IMG/VR virus record: IMGVR_UViG_3300025679_000005
Direction: 5' to 3' (one strand)
From: a virus
Taxonomy: Duplodnaviria > Caudoviricetes
DNA: 64,000 nt
Shown here in pieces: positions 38,198-49,723 of this stretch (position 1 is the first letter of the stretch; each line of letters starts with the position of its first letter). A program made the position numbers and the translations under genes. The notes under the pieces were generated by a model. It did not search any database, had not been told where the DNA came from, and saw nothing but the letters and a program-made list of their open reading frames with translations.

Positions 38198-39058
38198 ATG
38201 CCGATCAACTGGGACAACTACACAACCGTCAGAGCCCATACCTTGTCGAGTCCCCAAGGCGAGGTCGTTCCAGCGAATTTGATCGCTACCGGTCTTAGAT
38301 GGATCACAGAGGTGCCTGCTGTTGGTGATTACCCGTGTTTCACCGCCAACACCCCGCTCACATGGTTCAGCCAGAGAACAGAGCCAGGGTCCCTCATTGT
38401 CCTTTCGAACCTGATTTGCCCTCGTCACGTCCAAATGGACGAGACCACCCTCTCAGGCTTCCACCGAAGCGGGGCGATTCTACGCCTAGATGGCGGGGCC
38501 TATAATACTCTGAGGCGCATTACCTGGATGAGCTATTCTCTGGGGCGCGAGACATTGCCGGTCGGGATTACCTTCAGCACCATCCCTGAAGTGAATGCAT
38601 TCGAAGATAGCCTAACAGCTATTACCAGACTGATTGAAGAGTACTCCGAGCAAAGGCTTCATCTAGCAGCGACCCCTCTCCTGGAGATCAGGGCTATGTT
38701 TATTAATCCCGTAGATGCTGGTGTATCGAGTCTAGCCAATAGTTTCCGCGAGGAGAGGGCGACCCGACACACTGAGGAAGTGGAGAGGGTCCGTCAACTT
38801 CGCTTGAATCAGCTGGATGAGGCCCTGGGGCGGGCGGAATTGTCCCCAAACCAGGCGTTCGTCATCAAGCAGGTGCTGGCTCACCCCACAAGCTTTTCCG
38901 TGCATCGAACGACTGCCACTCAGACCTTGATCTTCGCTGACTTCATAGTAGACGAGCCAGGCCCAGGAAGAACCCCGACGGAGCCGGTCGCAGAGTTAGT
39001 CCGACCCACTGCCTGGGAGCGTCTCAGCGATCCGCTACTGCCGGAGGAAGGTGAGTAG
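38198..39058 (+). CDS. LSPxQ-domain / WERL-tag family protein
   Basis: LSPNQAFVIKQVL..PTAWERLSDPLL; GGTGTAGGAT before the ATG. Confidence 0.8.
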   Translation: MPINWDNYTTVRAHTLSSPQGEVVPANLIATGLRWITEVPAVGDYPCFTANTPLTWFSQRTEPGSLIVLSNLICPRHVQMDETTLSGFHRSGAILRLDGGAYNTLRRITWMSYSLGRETLPVGITFSTIPEVNAFEDSLTAITRLIEEYSEQRLHLAATPLLEIRAMFINPVDAGVSSLANSFREERATRHTEEVERVRQLRLNQLDEALGRAELSPNQAFVIKQVLAHPTSFSVHRTTATQTLIFADFIVDEPGPGRTPTEPVAELVRPTAWERLSDPLLPEEGE

Positions 39059-39519
39059 AGTTAGCATTTTTGCCCCATTGTTGCCAAGATCGCTCCGAGG
39101 ACAACACACCAGGCGCAAGCCCACAGCCATTGAATATCTCGTTTACTTGGGGACGGCATTGGCAGCCTCCCAGGCGGCTCGCTCAGGAGACCGGAGGTAT
39201 GTCTCCAACCGTTCTCGATAGGCCTTCAGCAAGTCCGGTACATCGTTCCTGACGCAGGATTCGATGAGCAGCTCTAAGGCCATCACCTCAGGGTCGACGG
39301 TGGAGACATATTCGACCACAGAACTGCCGTCATCCAGCTCCCTGAGCTTATCGATCACAGTCAGGGGAATCCCGTAGTCCCCTCCTAAACGTTTGGGATT
39401 GCTATCTACCACTCCCAAGACGCCATCAAGGATCTCGATCCACAGCTCGGAATCGATGATGTGCGTAGCCCTCCACCAATCGGTTTTGGTGAATCGCCAG
39501 CCGTCGAGATCGAAATCAG

Positions 39520-40254
39520 TCATGGCCTAACGACCACGAAGTACTTGTCTCTGTCATGGACTTCCCTGAGGATCACATGCCATTCATCGGCAGTCTTCCA
39601 CAGAGCTTCGGAGAGGTGAAGGGTGCATCGACCTATGGGGCCCAATTCAGCTAGGTAGATGGGGCCGGGGATTGTCTTGTGCCTGAGGACGTAGAGCGGT
39701 TCGGAATTGACGGTTGTCGGCCCCTCTAGCTCCCCAAGGCCTGACGAAATTAGAGCCTCAGGCGGCTTAAAATCGTGAGCCATAGCCTCGATGTGCCGTA
39801 GAATCCAGCCAGATACAGCAATAATATTAGTATCCTTGCCTAGGTGCAGGCTAGGTTTAAGGGATACCCTCGCGCCATTGACCTTCAGATGAAGAGTCTC
39901 CGTGCCGACTCCGACCCTGAAAGAATGATGCTGACGTGGCTGTAGCCAATCGCCATCGGCGATGTAGTCAAAGAGGACCTCGGACTTGTCATTGTCCGGA
40001 GTGATAGCTTCGATCTTGAAAGACCCGATCGTGATTTGGGTGTAATGCGGCGTTAAGGCAGCAACAAAGTTCTCCTGAATGAGCCTCAAGGCATCCACCA
40101 CGAATTCGATCGTCTCGTGCTTCTGTTTTTCCAATGACTTACGGTGATCAGCCTCTTCCTGTCGCCTTTGGAAAAAGGCGTCGGTCTGCTGCTTAACACT
40201 AGCCAGCAGCTCTTCACGCATCTCTCGCATGTATGCCTCCTGTCTAGCGCTCAC
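39520..40254 (-). CDS. hypothetical protein with C-terminal P4 domain
   Basis: PLYVLRHK..IYLAEL. Confidence 0.7.
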   Translation of the reverse strand: MSARQEAYMREMREELLASVKQQTDAFFQRRQEEADHRKSLEKQKHETIEFVVDALRLIQENFVAALTPHYTQITIGSFKIEAITPDNDKSEVLFDYIADGDWLQPRQHHSFRVGVGTETLHLKVNGARVSLKPSLHLGKDTNIIAVSGWILRHIEAMAHDFKPPEALISSGLGELEGPTTVNSEPLYVLRHKTIPGPIYLAELGPIGRCTLHLSEALWKTADEWHVILREVHDRDKYFVVVRP

Positions 40255-40757
40255 GGTTCTACCCTCACCAGCTCGTAGTGCTCAGCGTCGTGCCGAAGCT
40301 CCGCCCACTGGCTTTCGGTCTTCCTCAGAGCTTCCTCAATGTTTTGAGTCCAACGACCCATGGATCCAGCTATCTGTGCGATGTAGATCCCCGGCTCGAT
40401 TTGGCGGTGTCTCAGAACGTACAGGGGATTCCTCGATAGCATCGCATGAATAGCCGAAGCGTCGGCGAACATTTGAGGAGACAGCTCTTCCTGAAGCTTG
40501 AGCACCTGATTGGCCAAGCTCAGGGCCAATTCCTCCAGCTCGGACTCCGGGGGATTGAAGTGGGCCGAGCCGTTCTCGTCGAAAAACGTCGTGTAGGCAT
40601 CTTCTACGCCTTCGGTTACGACGGCAGTGGCCAGCTCCGGCCAAAGTTCCCTGAGGATGTCATTCAGGACCCCTTGCGGCCCACGGGCGCCGACCTTGTA
40701 GCCGGCATACACTCGGGTCATCCAGACCAGCTTCTGACAGATTTCAGTGGTATCCAT
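40251..40757 (-). CDS. hypothetical protein with C-terminal P4 domain
   Basis: PLYVLRHR..IYIAQI..RWTQNIEEA. Confidence 0.7.
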   Translation of the reverse strand: MDTTEICQKLVWMTRVYAGYKVGARGPQGVLNDILRELWPELATAVVTEGVEDAYTTFFDENGSAHFNPPESELEELALSLANQVLKLQEELSPQMFADASAIHAMLSRNPLYVLRHRQIEPGIYIAQIAGSMGRWTQNIEEALRKTESQWAELRHDAEHYELVRVEP

Positions 40758-41095
40758 CAGACAGCAACTTTCTGACGCAGGGCTTCGAGGTCGGTGTCAA
40801 TCATCGCCAGGACTTCGTCGTGGCGTGAGCGGTCATTGAAGCGGCTCAACGAGTCCTTGAAGCTGAAAGCGTCCCGAAGGCGGTAATACCTAGCATTGCC
40901 ATTACCGGACCTAGTCTCCCTTCTAGTCACCTTGTACATCGCCCCTACCAGGCAAAAGCAGCAAGCCGCCGGATCCGTAGCGTCAACTCCAACTCCTCCA
41001 GGTCCCAAGGCCATGTCACCTTGAATCCAATGACTATGGTCCGAGATCAGCTCACGCACCGCCATGAGGTCGGCTAGGGTTTCTTTTTCGTACAT
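40757..41095 (-). CDS. paralog family P3 (DUF6197-like)
   Basis: WIQG..CFCLVGAM..FND..HDEVL. Confidence 0.75.
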   Translation of the reverse strand: MYEKETLADLMAVRELISDHSHWIQGDMALGPGGVGVDATDPAACCFCLVGAMYKVTRRETRSGNGNARYYRLRDAFSFKDSLSRFNDRSRHDEVLAMIDTDLEALRQKVAV

Positions 41096-41437
41096 GATCC
41101 GACCCTAGAGCTGCTGGGGAGCGCAGCCGAAATCACGAGGTTCTGAGGTCAGGGCCCTCAAGGCCAAGGCGAACGCCTGGAAGTGCGGGTAGGCCGTCTC
41201 GTAAACGTCGATGACGAGGGCGACTCCGCATATGTCCAGCCCACTGGACGTAAGCCGCCCCAGAGCCTCTAGAGAGAGGTCGGGGGAGAAGTTGGGCACA
41301 GGCTTCAAGGCCTCTGCAAAAACGCTCTGGCGGGCCAATAGAACGCCCTTGTCAGTGCAGGCCTTGATGAAGTCGAGTTGTTCGGTTGTGAATTCCATGA
41401 TCAGAGCCTACGGCCGTCTTTTCCCGAACTTAAGGGC

Positions 41438-41878
41438 TCAGGGATGGCAGTTCACCGGATTGTTGTACGTACTGTAGAAAGTGGGGATCCAAGCAATGAG
41501 TTCGCACCCGTCGTACTTCCAGAAGGCACTAGTACAATTCGCGGCCTCATTAAACCTCGCTTGGGCATTGTCCTCGGACATGGCACCATCCCAAGGAGAG
41601 GCCGGATCGCGGCGGACTTCACCACCTCCACAGACCACCTGTATCGCTTGCTCAATAGCAGACTCAGCATCCCCATTCCAATCAGGCTGCGGGCCGTAGG
41701 GGCAATAAGTAACGACATGGGAGTACAGGAAGAACTTGGTCGTTTGGCCGTAGCCGCCAACGGGCAGGCACCGAACGGTTGTCCTGATCAGGCCGTACTG
41801 GAAGTCTGCTTGAGCAGCCTGCGATGCTGACGCCGTCATGATGCCAGCTGCGAAAATTAGAGCACACAATTTTGTCAT
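41438..41878 (-). CDS. secreted Cys-rich hypothetical protein
   Basis: Signal-peptide-like N-terminus; GGTGTA motif upstream. Confidence 0.65.
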   Translation of the reverse strand: MTKLCALIFAAGIMTASASQAAQADFQYGLIRTTVRCLPVGGYGQTTKFFLYSHVVTYCPYGPQPDWNGDAESAIEQAIQVVCGGGEVRRDPASPWDGAMSEDNAQARFNEAANCTSAFWKYDGCELIAWIPTFYSTYNNPVNCHP

Positions 41879-43444
41879 GGGTCAGTCCTTTACACCAGGG
41901 GATAGCACTCACTTTGATTCATGTCTTCTTCTCGTATCGGCCAGCGTCCACTAGCAATCGCTCAAGCACGTACTCGAAGCCAGCCGCTACACCGTTCGAG
42001 TATGCCCTAGCCTCAAGGTTCACTTCCTTCTGGGCTCGCTTCAACGCAAGGGTTCGCCGCCCTGTGAGGATGGCTACGACCCGACGCAGCTCTTTGGCTT
42101 TGACGGTATTGGGAGAAGGGGTTGGGCTAGGCATGATCAAACCTCTCGACCAAGCTCCCAACGAAGCTCGGCAGTTTCCCGTAGAAGCCTGGCGATGTAA
42201 ATGTCCCGGCAATTACGGTAGTAGATGTAGTGGTCGGATTCTCCTCGCCGAGCGTACTCAAAGCAATGAGGCGTGTGATCCTGTGGTCCCGGATAGAAGG
42301 CAATGGGCAGAAGGCAGTATCCACAGTGATCCCCCGGCTGAGGGGGGTGCGATCCTCGGCCTAACGTCTTCACGCATCTTCTCAGCCAAGATCAACTGAG
42401 CTATCTGGTCCATGTTCATGGCATGGCCCTCGCCAATTGACGGGCGTAGGCTGCCGCCAGAGCGTCTTGGCCCCGCTCGTAGGCGTCGTCGATCAGCTCT
42501 CTAAGAGGCGACCTCACGTCATAAGGAACGGGTTCATGGCTAAGCTTCGGAGGCTTCGCACGGCGAACACACTCAACTTGCTGCTCTGGCGTGAGCAACT
42601 TCAGCGTCCGAATGGCTTCGGACATTAGCAGTGCGTCGTATTGACCATTTTTCATGGGAGAATCCAAACACACCACCACGATCACAGCATGCATCCACAG
42701 CAGCGAGTAGACGGCTGAGAGGAGCACTCCCTGCCAGTAGCCAATGGCCAGGATCATTCCAACGGCAACTACCCAGAAACGGCCCCAGACGATGAAGCGG
42801 TCAATCTGTCGCAGGTCTTCAGGTCCCACCGGTCGCCGCCTTCTCCAATAGGAAAGATCCTGTAGGACAGAGGTCAAACGGATTGTTCCGACACCGACGT
42901 CTAGGTGGTCGTGGAACGGATTCGGTTTCTTCACGTCCAAGGCAGTGAAGCTGGCGTCCACAGGACTCTTTGGAGGGAACTTCATGGAAGCCCAATCGGG
43001 TTACCAGCAAGACTGCGGTCACGGCAATACGTGAACAACAGATCCAGCTCTGAATCCGTCAACAGATTCAATACTATTGAGTCACGATCTAGGACCAGAA
43101 CTCCTGTCACCTCGGAGATCATCTTCTCCCATTGACCCCAGGTGTTGCCCTTCCACATGGAGTACTGGGCGATGTATTCCTTCTTCTGGGTCGAGGTCAT
43201 GGCATGAAATTCCCACACTCTTCGGTGTGAAAGGGGTCCCGATAGTACGTGGCCACTCGAAAGAGTTTCTTGCGGGAGTTCTTGCTGTTCTCCTCGATAC
43301 GATCTTTCTTCTCTTGAGCAGAGGCGAAGGTCGGATGATGCTCACGACCACGACGGCGCCAACGAGGGTTCGCCTGCGTGCACATCTCGATGATGAAGAT
43401 GGGTCCATACTCTCCCAAAGGAGCCTTGTTCGCACGGTTGTGGG

Positions 43445-43852
43445 TCATGTGTCCACCAATGGCTGCCGGCTTAAGGCGTTGTCGATGAGAGCCAGTACCT
43501 CCTCGTGGGCGGCTCCGTCATTGAAGGTGTACAGGAATCCATGGCGAGCCTTGAGGCGGGCTGTTCGCGGGTCCTCTCCCGGTACAGAAATCAAAGCCTT
43601 GGTCAAGGCCCTCCCCAAGGGAATGCTCCCACGAGTAATGCGATTGATACCCCCGACAAGACAGAAACAGGTAGCCTCGGCCCCGCCAGAAGAGCAGGGC
43701 TCCCCCTCCTTGTCCTTGGCGAAGCTTCCCTTCGTCCAATGACTGGGCTCAGCCAGGAGGCCTCGAAGAGCTTTCAGTCCAGCAGCGATTTCGGCATTGC
43801 TTGGGGCCATACCTTCCCTACGACTGATCTGGTCAGGAGTTAAGAGGTGCAC
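43445..43852 (-). CDS. paralog family P3 (DUF6197-like)
   Basis: WTKG..CFCLVGGI..FND..HEEVL. Confidence 0.75.
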   Translation of the reverse strand: MHLLTPDQISRREGMAPSNAEIAAGLKALRGLLAEPSHWTKGSFAKDKEGEPCSSGGAEATCFCLVGGINRITRGSIPLGRALTKALISVPGEDPRTARLKARHGFLYTFNDGAAHEEVLALIDNALSRQPLVDT

Positions 43853-44025
43853 TCTGAAATTCCTTGGTCAAGGTTCGGCTCTGGAGGGAGCCGACTTAAG
43901 GCCCTGTCAATGAGCGCTAACACTTCCTCGTAGGTGTGCGTGTCATTGAAAACCGTAAGGGATCGAGGTTCGCCAACAGGGAGGTGCTGGCTGAGGTAGT
44001 GCCAAAGGTGTAATGAGGCTGAGGC
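43849..44025 (-). pseudogene. C-terminal remnant of a fifth P3 gene
   Basis: Manual translation LWHYLSQHLPVGEPRSLTVFNDTHTYEEVLALIDRAL, with no start in frame. Confidence 0.55.
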
Positions 44026-44089
44026 CTAGGCCGCGGGCTGCAAGCCACTGAGAGCAGGGTCAGTGTTAGAAGTCGGTGCATGCTCGATC

Positions 44090-45103
44090 CTACACCAAGA
44101 AGTCGCCTAGGACATCCCACTTGGATCTGGTGACCTCAGGCAAGGGCGAAACTCTGTCTGCGGTCACCAGGATCTCCACCTTGTAGTTGCCATTGCCCAG
44201 GGCAGTGACAGTGAAGTCCTCGATAGGGGTCGAGGCTACGATCCGTACGGCCTCCTGTCGAATGTGGGCATCCAGCTCAGGCGTGGGGTCAGTCTCTGGC
44301 AGCTCTGGAGTCCCAGCAGTGCCGACCCAAGTAGGAGACAGAGCATGGAATGCCTCGTTTGGCTGAATGGCCTCATTCCCGACCCTGACAACGAGATCCG
44401 AAGAGTTCCTCCAGGTGTTGTCGGCGAACCCCGGCCACGGTCCTGATCCGACGGCCTGACGCACCATCTGCCTGTTTGCAAGCAACGCCAGGCGATCCAC
44501 TGCCCGAATTTGCGGGTCATTAGCCGTGTAGAAGCTCTGACCAGGCTCGACCACGTAGGGAAAGTCGTCGCCGTCATGGCCGACTGTGACGAACTCACGC
44601 GAGAAGTTGTACCAGAGGAACCCTCCTTGAGGAGCGATCTCGTTTCGCTCCCAAGCTGCAAGTAGGAGCGCTGGCTCACAGACAATGCGACGATAAGACA
44701 CCTGAACCGGCTGAACCGGCTGTATTATGTAGAACATCTCCCCGGGCTCGACGTTGTACGCCATGGTCGCCGTCCCTCCCACGGTAACGACGTGGTCCGA
44801 GACGTTCAGGTAAAGAGCGCCAAAGTATTCGGGCGGCGGTTGCTGTAGATGCCCCCACGAGGTCTCCCTCTCAAACAGGTCAGGATCTATCTCAATGGAC
44901 CTACGAGGCTCGATAAAGAACCTCTCCCCAGGAGCTACCCGTAGCCCATACCCAGGGGTTCCCCTCAACGTGACGTAACCGTTAGAGGTGTTGCGCCAGT
45001 AGCCGTCGTCATCGTGGACCACCAAGCCCTGTGCGAACGCCGTAGACACCATACCGGGGTCTACCCATAGGCGCCTGGGCACTGTAAAAGGCTCCTCTGG
45101 CAT
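44090..45103 (-). CDS. internally repetitive protein with tag variant
   Basis: Repeated WxNxSxxxVTV..V.PGExF units; ends RSKWDVLGDFLV. Confidence 0.8.
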   Translation of the reverse strand: MPEEPFTVPRRLWVDPGMVSTAFAQGLVVHDDDGYWRNTSNGYVTLRGTPGYGLRVAPGERFFIEPRRSIEIDPDLFERETSWGHLQQPPPEYFGALYLNVSDHVVTVGGTATMAYNVEPGEMFYIIQPVQPVQVSYRRIVCEPALLLAAWERNEIAPQGGFLWYNFSREFVTVGHDGDDFPYVVEPGQSFYTANDPQIRAVDRLALLANRQMVRQAVGSGPWPGFADNTWRNSSDLVVRVGNEAIQPNEAFHALSPTWVGTAGTPELPETDPTPELDAHIRQEAVRIVASTPIEDFTVTALGNGNYKVEILVTADRVSPLPEVTRSKWDVLGDFLV

Positions 45104-45254
45104 CTACCCGCTCCCCATGAGAATCATCGTCAAGGTGTCCACATCGGGATGCACTCCTGAATCCCTGAATATCGAGATCACAATGTAGAGCCCGCACACG
45201 AGGGCGAAGCCTACGATCGAAACGATAATGGCGTACTCAGTGGGACCAAACTCC

Positions 45255-46316
45255 TCATAGGAGTGGCTCGTCACCAAGGATTTCATAGCGGGATCGGATC
45301 GGGGCATGCTCACTCACTCCTAACGGCCGGGGAAGCTCAGAGGTTAAGACCCCTTCGAGGCCGATTCCAGAGATTTCCGAATGGCCTACGGTGATTGTCG
45401 CCGCGAAGGTGTCCCCAGGGCTAATGCTGTAGCCGGACATTGTATTCACAATCGTCCGGATCAAAGCACGCTGAAGGGGGCTCAACCTAACGTCCTCGCA
45501 GACTCGATCAACGGCTTCCAGTTGGACTTGAATCCCGTCCACGCTCAAAGGGTCTATAGGTTGCGCTATAAAGTGAGACCCCATCTCAAGGCTGAGAGTG
45601 CGGCCGTCATTCGTAAAGAAGAGGATCTCGCTTCGAGCCTGGTACAGTACACCGTTGATCAGCACCACGTTATCGGTGGTCATTGCATGCTCAAAGGCCT
45701 GCCTGGGAATCACGTAGCTGCCACCAGAATCCGTCAGACGGATCAAGATGTGAGTGTGCTCAGGGGCAATCGGGGAAGGTGCTGGAGGCGTTGGAATGAC
45801 TCCCAACGTCGACCCTAAGGACATTCCAGCACTGGGACGGCCTGCGAAGAGACTATCCTCCATTCGAAAGACATCGCCCTGAGCGAGAACATGCCGTATA
45901 TCGTTGGAGTCAATGAGGGTTACCCTTTGCCGGACTAGGTAGTCCCCAGCCAGAGGTCGATCAAAGTACCCCTCCCCCTCTAACCTATAGAACTGATATC
46001 GCAGAACCGCGAATGCAGCGGTACGTTCTGGCCCTGTGTGGAAAATCCTAACGTATAGGGGCTCTGGAATCGGCCGCCGCTCCACCAAATCAGGAAAAGG
46101 TGTGGCCGTGAATAGATCTCCCGTCCAAAGCCGGTGGGTCGCACCATCACGGTCTTGTACTCCTATAGTAACAAGGGCTTCGTAGTGGTGCTCCCGGATA
46201 CGGTATAGAATCTGCCGCAATCTCAGACCCTCCTCGATCGCGGTTGCGTTTACAACAAAGGCATCAATATTTAGGGTAATGTTCGGCGATATCCTAGTGA
46301 TCGTGTAGAAGGGCAT
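45255..46316 (-). CDS. LSPxQ-domain / tag family protein
   Basis: LSPLQRALIRTIV..RSRYEILGDEPLL. Confidence 0.8.
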   Translation of the reverse strand: MPFYTITRISPNITLNIDAFVVNATAIEEGLRLRQILYRIREHHYEALVTIGVQDRDGATHRLWTGDLFTATPFPDLVERRPIPEPLYVRIFHTGPERTAAFAVLRYQFYRLEGEGYFDRPLAGDYLVRQRVTLIDSNDIRHVLAQGDVFRMEDSLFAGRPSAGMSLGSTLGVIPTPPAPSPIAPEHTHILIRLTDSGGSYVIPRQAFEHAMTTDNVVLINGVLYQARSEILFFTNDGRTLSLEMGSHFIAQPIDPLSVDGIQVQLEAVDRVCEDVRLSPLQRALIRTIVNTMSGYSISPGDTFAATITVGHSEISGIGLEGVLTSELPRPLGVSEHAPIRSRYEILGDEPLL

Positions 46317-46319
46317 CGT

Positions 46320-46490
46320 CTAGACCAAAGGCTCTTGAAGACGGTCCCCTAGGGAACGCCTCACGATTGGAGGGTTCTCAAGGCGCTCACAACGTGGGCA
46401 GTGAATGCCCCAGCCACCGCCGGCTATGACCGCTTGAGGGTGGCCCGCGATGGCACAGAGGAAGAGCTTTAGCCTAGTGAGAAAGTTCAT
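46320..46490 (-). CDS. 56-aa protein with tag variant (absent from the ORF track)
   Basis: Manual translation MNFLTRLKLFLCAIAGHP..CPRCERL..SLGDRLQEPLV. Confidence 0.6.
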   Translation of the reverse strand: MNFLTRLKLFLCAIAGHPQAVIAGGGWGIHCPRCERLENPPIVRRSLGDRLQEPLV

Positions 46491-47997
46491 CGCCCTACCA
46501 GACCTTGACCACGCCTAGTTTGATTTCAACGAGCTTCACAGGCAACCCCGCATCTTCAAGAGGGCCCGCCTGGTCTAGCACCGATGTCACGTACGGGGCC
46601 AGATTCTCGTAGGATACCTCGAAGTCGGCTTGGATAGGTGCCCCCAAGTAGGTAAACTCAGGAGTGGACCTGCCCCCTCCGAAGGTGAGGACAGCGCCCG
46701 CAACATCGTTCTGAATCCATCGCAATGGAATCATGATCGGTCCTTGTCGTAGATCGGAAGAACACCGTCCGGTAGTTGCTCCACGAGGAACGTCTTCCTC
46801 GGACCCGGGTACTGATAGTCAATGTTTCGACGAAGCGGGGGAGCCTTAGCCTCCCCACGGAGGACCTCTAGGGTGTGATCCCGACAGAGGCAACTCTCCG
46901 AGGTCGGCACCTTCCACCTAGGCTCCCCACAGGAGTCTCGAAGACACTCCCCTTGTGAGGCCTCATCGGGGCCGGCTAAGAACACCGCCATGGTCAGCTC
47001 GTTACGGGCCTCGGTCTCTGCCTCCTTATGGTCTTGATCGGCCTTGTAGTCGAAGTGGATGTAATCGTGGACGATGCGCATGCGTCCAGCAATGCCGTCA
47101 CTGGTGTCATCGCCGTCACTCATTTTGAGGACAGCCTCAAGCGTTCCAAACCCCTGGGGTTGAACACCCCCAAGCCCACCTCTGTCATAATCTTGAGGTC
47201 GGCACCTTCCCACGCTTTATCGCGCCATGCTAGGGCTTGAGCCGAATCGATCCGAGCATCGCAGACACTGCACGAAACCCAGGTGGAATCGCCAATGGCA
47301 ACCAAACTCTGTTCTGGGCTTATGATCAAGCTAGGGTCCTCCTGGCGCATGGTCAACGTCGACCAAACACCTCCCTGAACCTGAAGTTGTTGATGCTCGT
47401 ACAGACTATGGCTACCACAGACGCAGACCTGATGCTGGTAGACGTAGTGCATTCTCTAGAGACTTTACACCGCTGCCCTTAACTTCTTCCACCCTGATCC
47501 GTTAGAGTAAGTATCAAAGCGGCTCGCCTCCCTGGTTTTTTACGTATTCCCCAAGGACCGTGCCAAGAGCAAATACCCTCTCCCATCGTGATTACCCTCA
47601 GCCCCCTCGCTAGGTCTTTCTGCCTCCGAGGGGGTTTCGCTATTTCCCGGTGTATACCCCTTAACTCCTGCTGTTCATAGCCGTAAGAGACTCCATGAAC
47701 AAACGCTCCTGGACGCAATCCATTCTCCTGACGATCCTGGTCGCCTTGGGAATGGCCCTCTTCATATTCTTGGAGAATACATTCCCCTACACCATGCTCA
47801 TCGTAGTCGTGATCGGCCTCTTCTGCTTCACCGCCTGGCTGTTCCGGAACACACGATGACTCTGGTGTAACCAAGATTAGGTTCCTCAATCCCGGCTTTG
47901 CCCGAGAACCCCCTAGCTCGGCCGACATTTTGGGCAGCCGCCGATCCTGCCTAAGAAGTCATGGTTGAGCCGCTAGGTCGCATACCCAAGCCAACGC

Positions 47998-48483
47998 TCA
48001 GCGCAAATCTGTAGAACCCATGTCGTCCAAGTCACAGCCAGGGCAATTTGCGCGACCGTCGCATGATGCTGCTTGTTGCGCCTTTGAGCAAGCAACCCAT
48101 TCGCCGACCGTCATCGAGCACTTGGACAGATCCGTTCTGTCGACGCATTGACCTATGGATCCGACGATACGATCATGACGCTTCCCGTCCGGATATAGGC
48201 ACGAAATGATCGATCCCGGGCTTCCGATTGTACTGATCTCCCAACTGCAAACTGCGCCTTTCTCCGCCACAGAGAGCGACTTCATCGGCCTAGAAAACGG
48301 CAAGTCTTTGGGGCGATCTCCAATGAGTTGTTCGAGTTCAGCGAGCAACGCCGGAGAGCCTAGGATCGCCGAAGCCACGGCGCTAGGATCGGGAGAAGGC
48401 CCAGGCTGCCCCTTTTCACCAGCGGGACCACGGCAAGACACAGCTAGGCAGCAACACAAGCCAAGCACGCACATGACTTTCAT
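47998..48483 (-). CDS. Cys-rich predicted lipoprotein
   Basis: LAVSC lipobox-like sequence; many Cys. Confidence 0.6.
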   Translation of the reverse strand: MKVMCVLGLCCCLAVSCRGPAGEKGQPGPSPDPSAVASAILGSPALLAELEQLIGDRPKDLPFSRPMKSLSVAEKGAVCSWEISTIGSPGSIISCLYPDGKRHDRIVGSIGQCVDRTDLSKCSMTVGEWVACSKAQQAASCDGRANCPGCDLDDMGSTDLR

Positions 48484-49081
48484 AACGTCCCCTGCAAAAC
48501 AAATTCTACTTTCAGCCTGCCCATGGCCTTTAGAGGCGTCAAGTGCAGCTCCGGCCGTTCATTACAGACAGCTTCACCGTAAGCATCACTTGGCGTGAAC
48601 CGGGGCGTGAGGCGTCCCAGCGTCCCCGAAAACCGAGTCGTACGCCTTCTGGCCGCCGAACGTGCAAACCTTCCAGGCGTGGAGGTACATTTGCCGATCC
48701 TCGCTTGTCTCCGCAAATTTGACCTTGCATGTTTCGGCCTCGCCGTTGGCAGCGCCGTACTTCTGCCAGAGGCCGTCCTCCCTGGCGAGACACGATGCCA
48801 GATAGCTCGCCTTCTTGGCCCTCTCTAACTGCCCCCCGACCGCGATGGGCAGTAGGGCGGCGATGAGAACGAGCAGGGTAATGGTTCGCGGGTTCTTCCA
48901 GTAGGGCATGCGGCGAATGTAACCTGGACACTACCTGCGCACCCTATTTGGCACATATCTAGGGGTTTTCTCAGCTAGCCCTAGTCGATCGAAAAATCTT
49001 CGATCCAGTCGCGCACTAGGCGCGGTACACTGGTTCCGAGCGACTTTCGCGACACTTGCCAGGGAAAAAGGGAAACGAATC

Positions 49082-49417
49082 ATGAAGGTTAACCGCAAGA
49101 CGCTAATGGGCCCCGTCGTGCTGGCCGTCGGAGCGCTGACAACGGGTGCATTGGGTTCCTCATTTCCAACGAGTGAGAAGCCGCCGGGCAATCCAATCGA
49201 GGGGAGACTCAGCTCGTCCAAGAAGACTGATGAGCCCATTGCACTCTCTGAGCGCGACTGCGAAAGCGCATGCAGCTACTGCCAGAAATCCTGCGGGGAT
49301 AAGCCAGCCGGAAGCGAGAGAAGCGACTGTCAGCGAAACTGTACCGCATCCGCCGCAGGCTGCTGCGCCGGATATGGCAAAAAGCCGCCGGGATTCATGG
49401 GCTGCTACTGCAACTAG
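49082..49417 (+). CDS. secreted Cys-rich small protein
   Basis: Signal peptide; CESACSYCQKSC..CQRNC..CC..CYC. Confidence 0.65.
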   Translation: MKVNRKTLMGPVVLAVGALTTGALGSSFPTSEKPPGNPIEGRLSSSKKTDEPIALSERDCESACSYCQKSCGDKPAGSERSDCQRNCTASAAGCCAGYGKKPPGFMGCYCN

Positions 49418-49723
49418 GACGAAGCCTGCTCAAGGCCTGCAAGTAGCCTTCGACCTTCATGACGTGGTCGACGACCTCAGAACTATCCAGCGATTTTTTC
49501 GTGAGCCCCCGATGGGGACGCCGCCTTCACGTGTGGCGTCGGGCTCGGGCTTGAGGCGTGGGTGAGCAGGATTCCGACCAATGCTCCGACCGCGCCACCG
49601 GCGAGCGTCCCGAGCAACGGGGCTCCAAAAGACCCGATCATCGCTCCCATGGTAACGCCGGATTCGATGGTGATGCCGAGGGCGGCTCCGGCTGCGGCGC
49701 CAGACAAGACTATGCCTCGTTTC

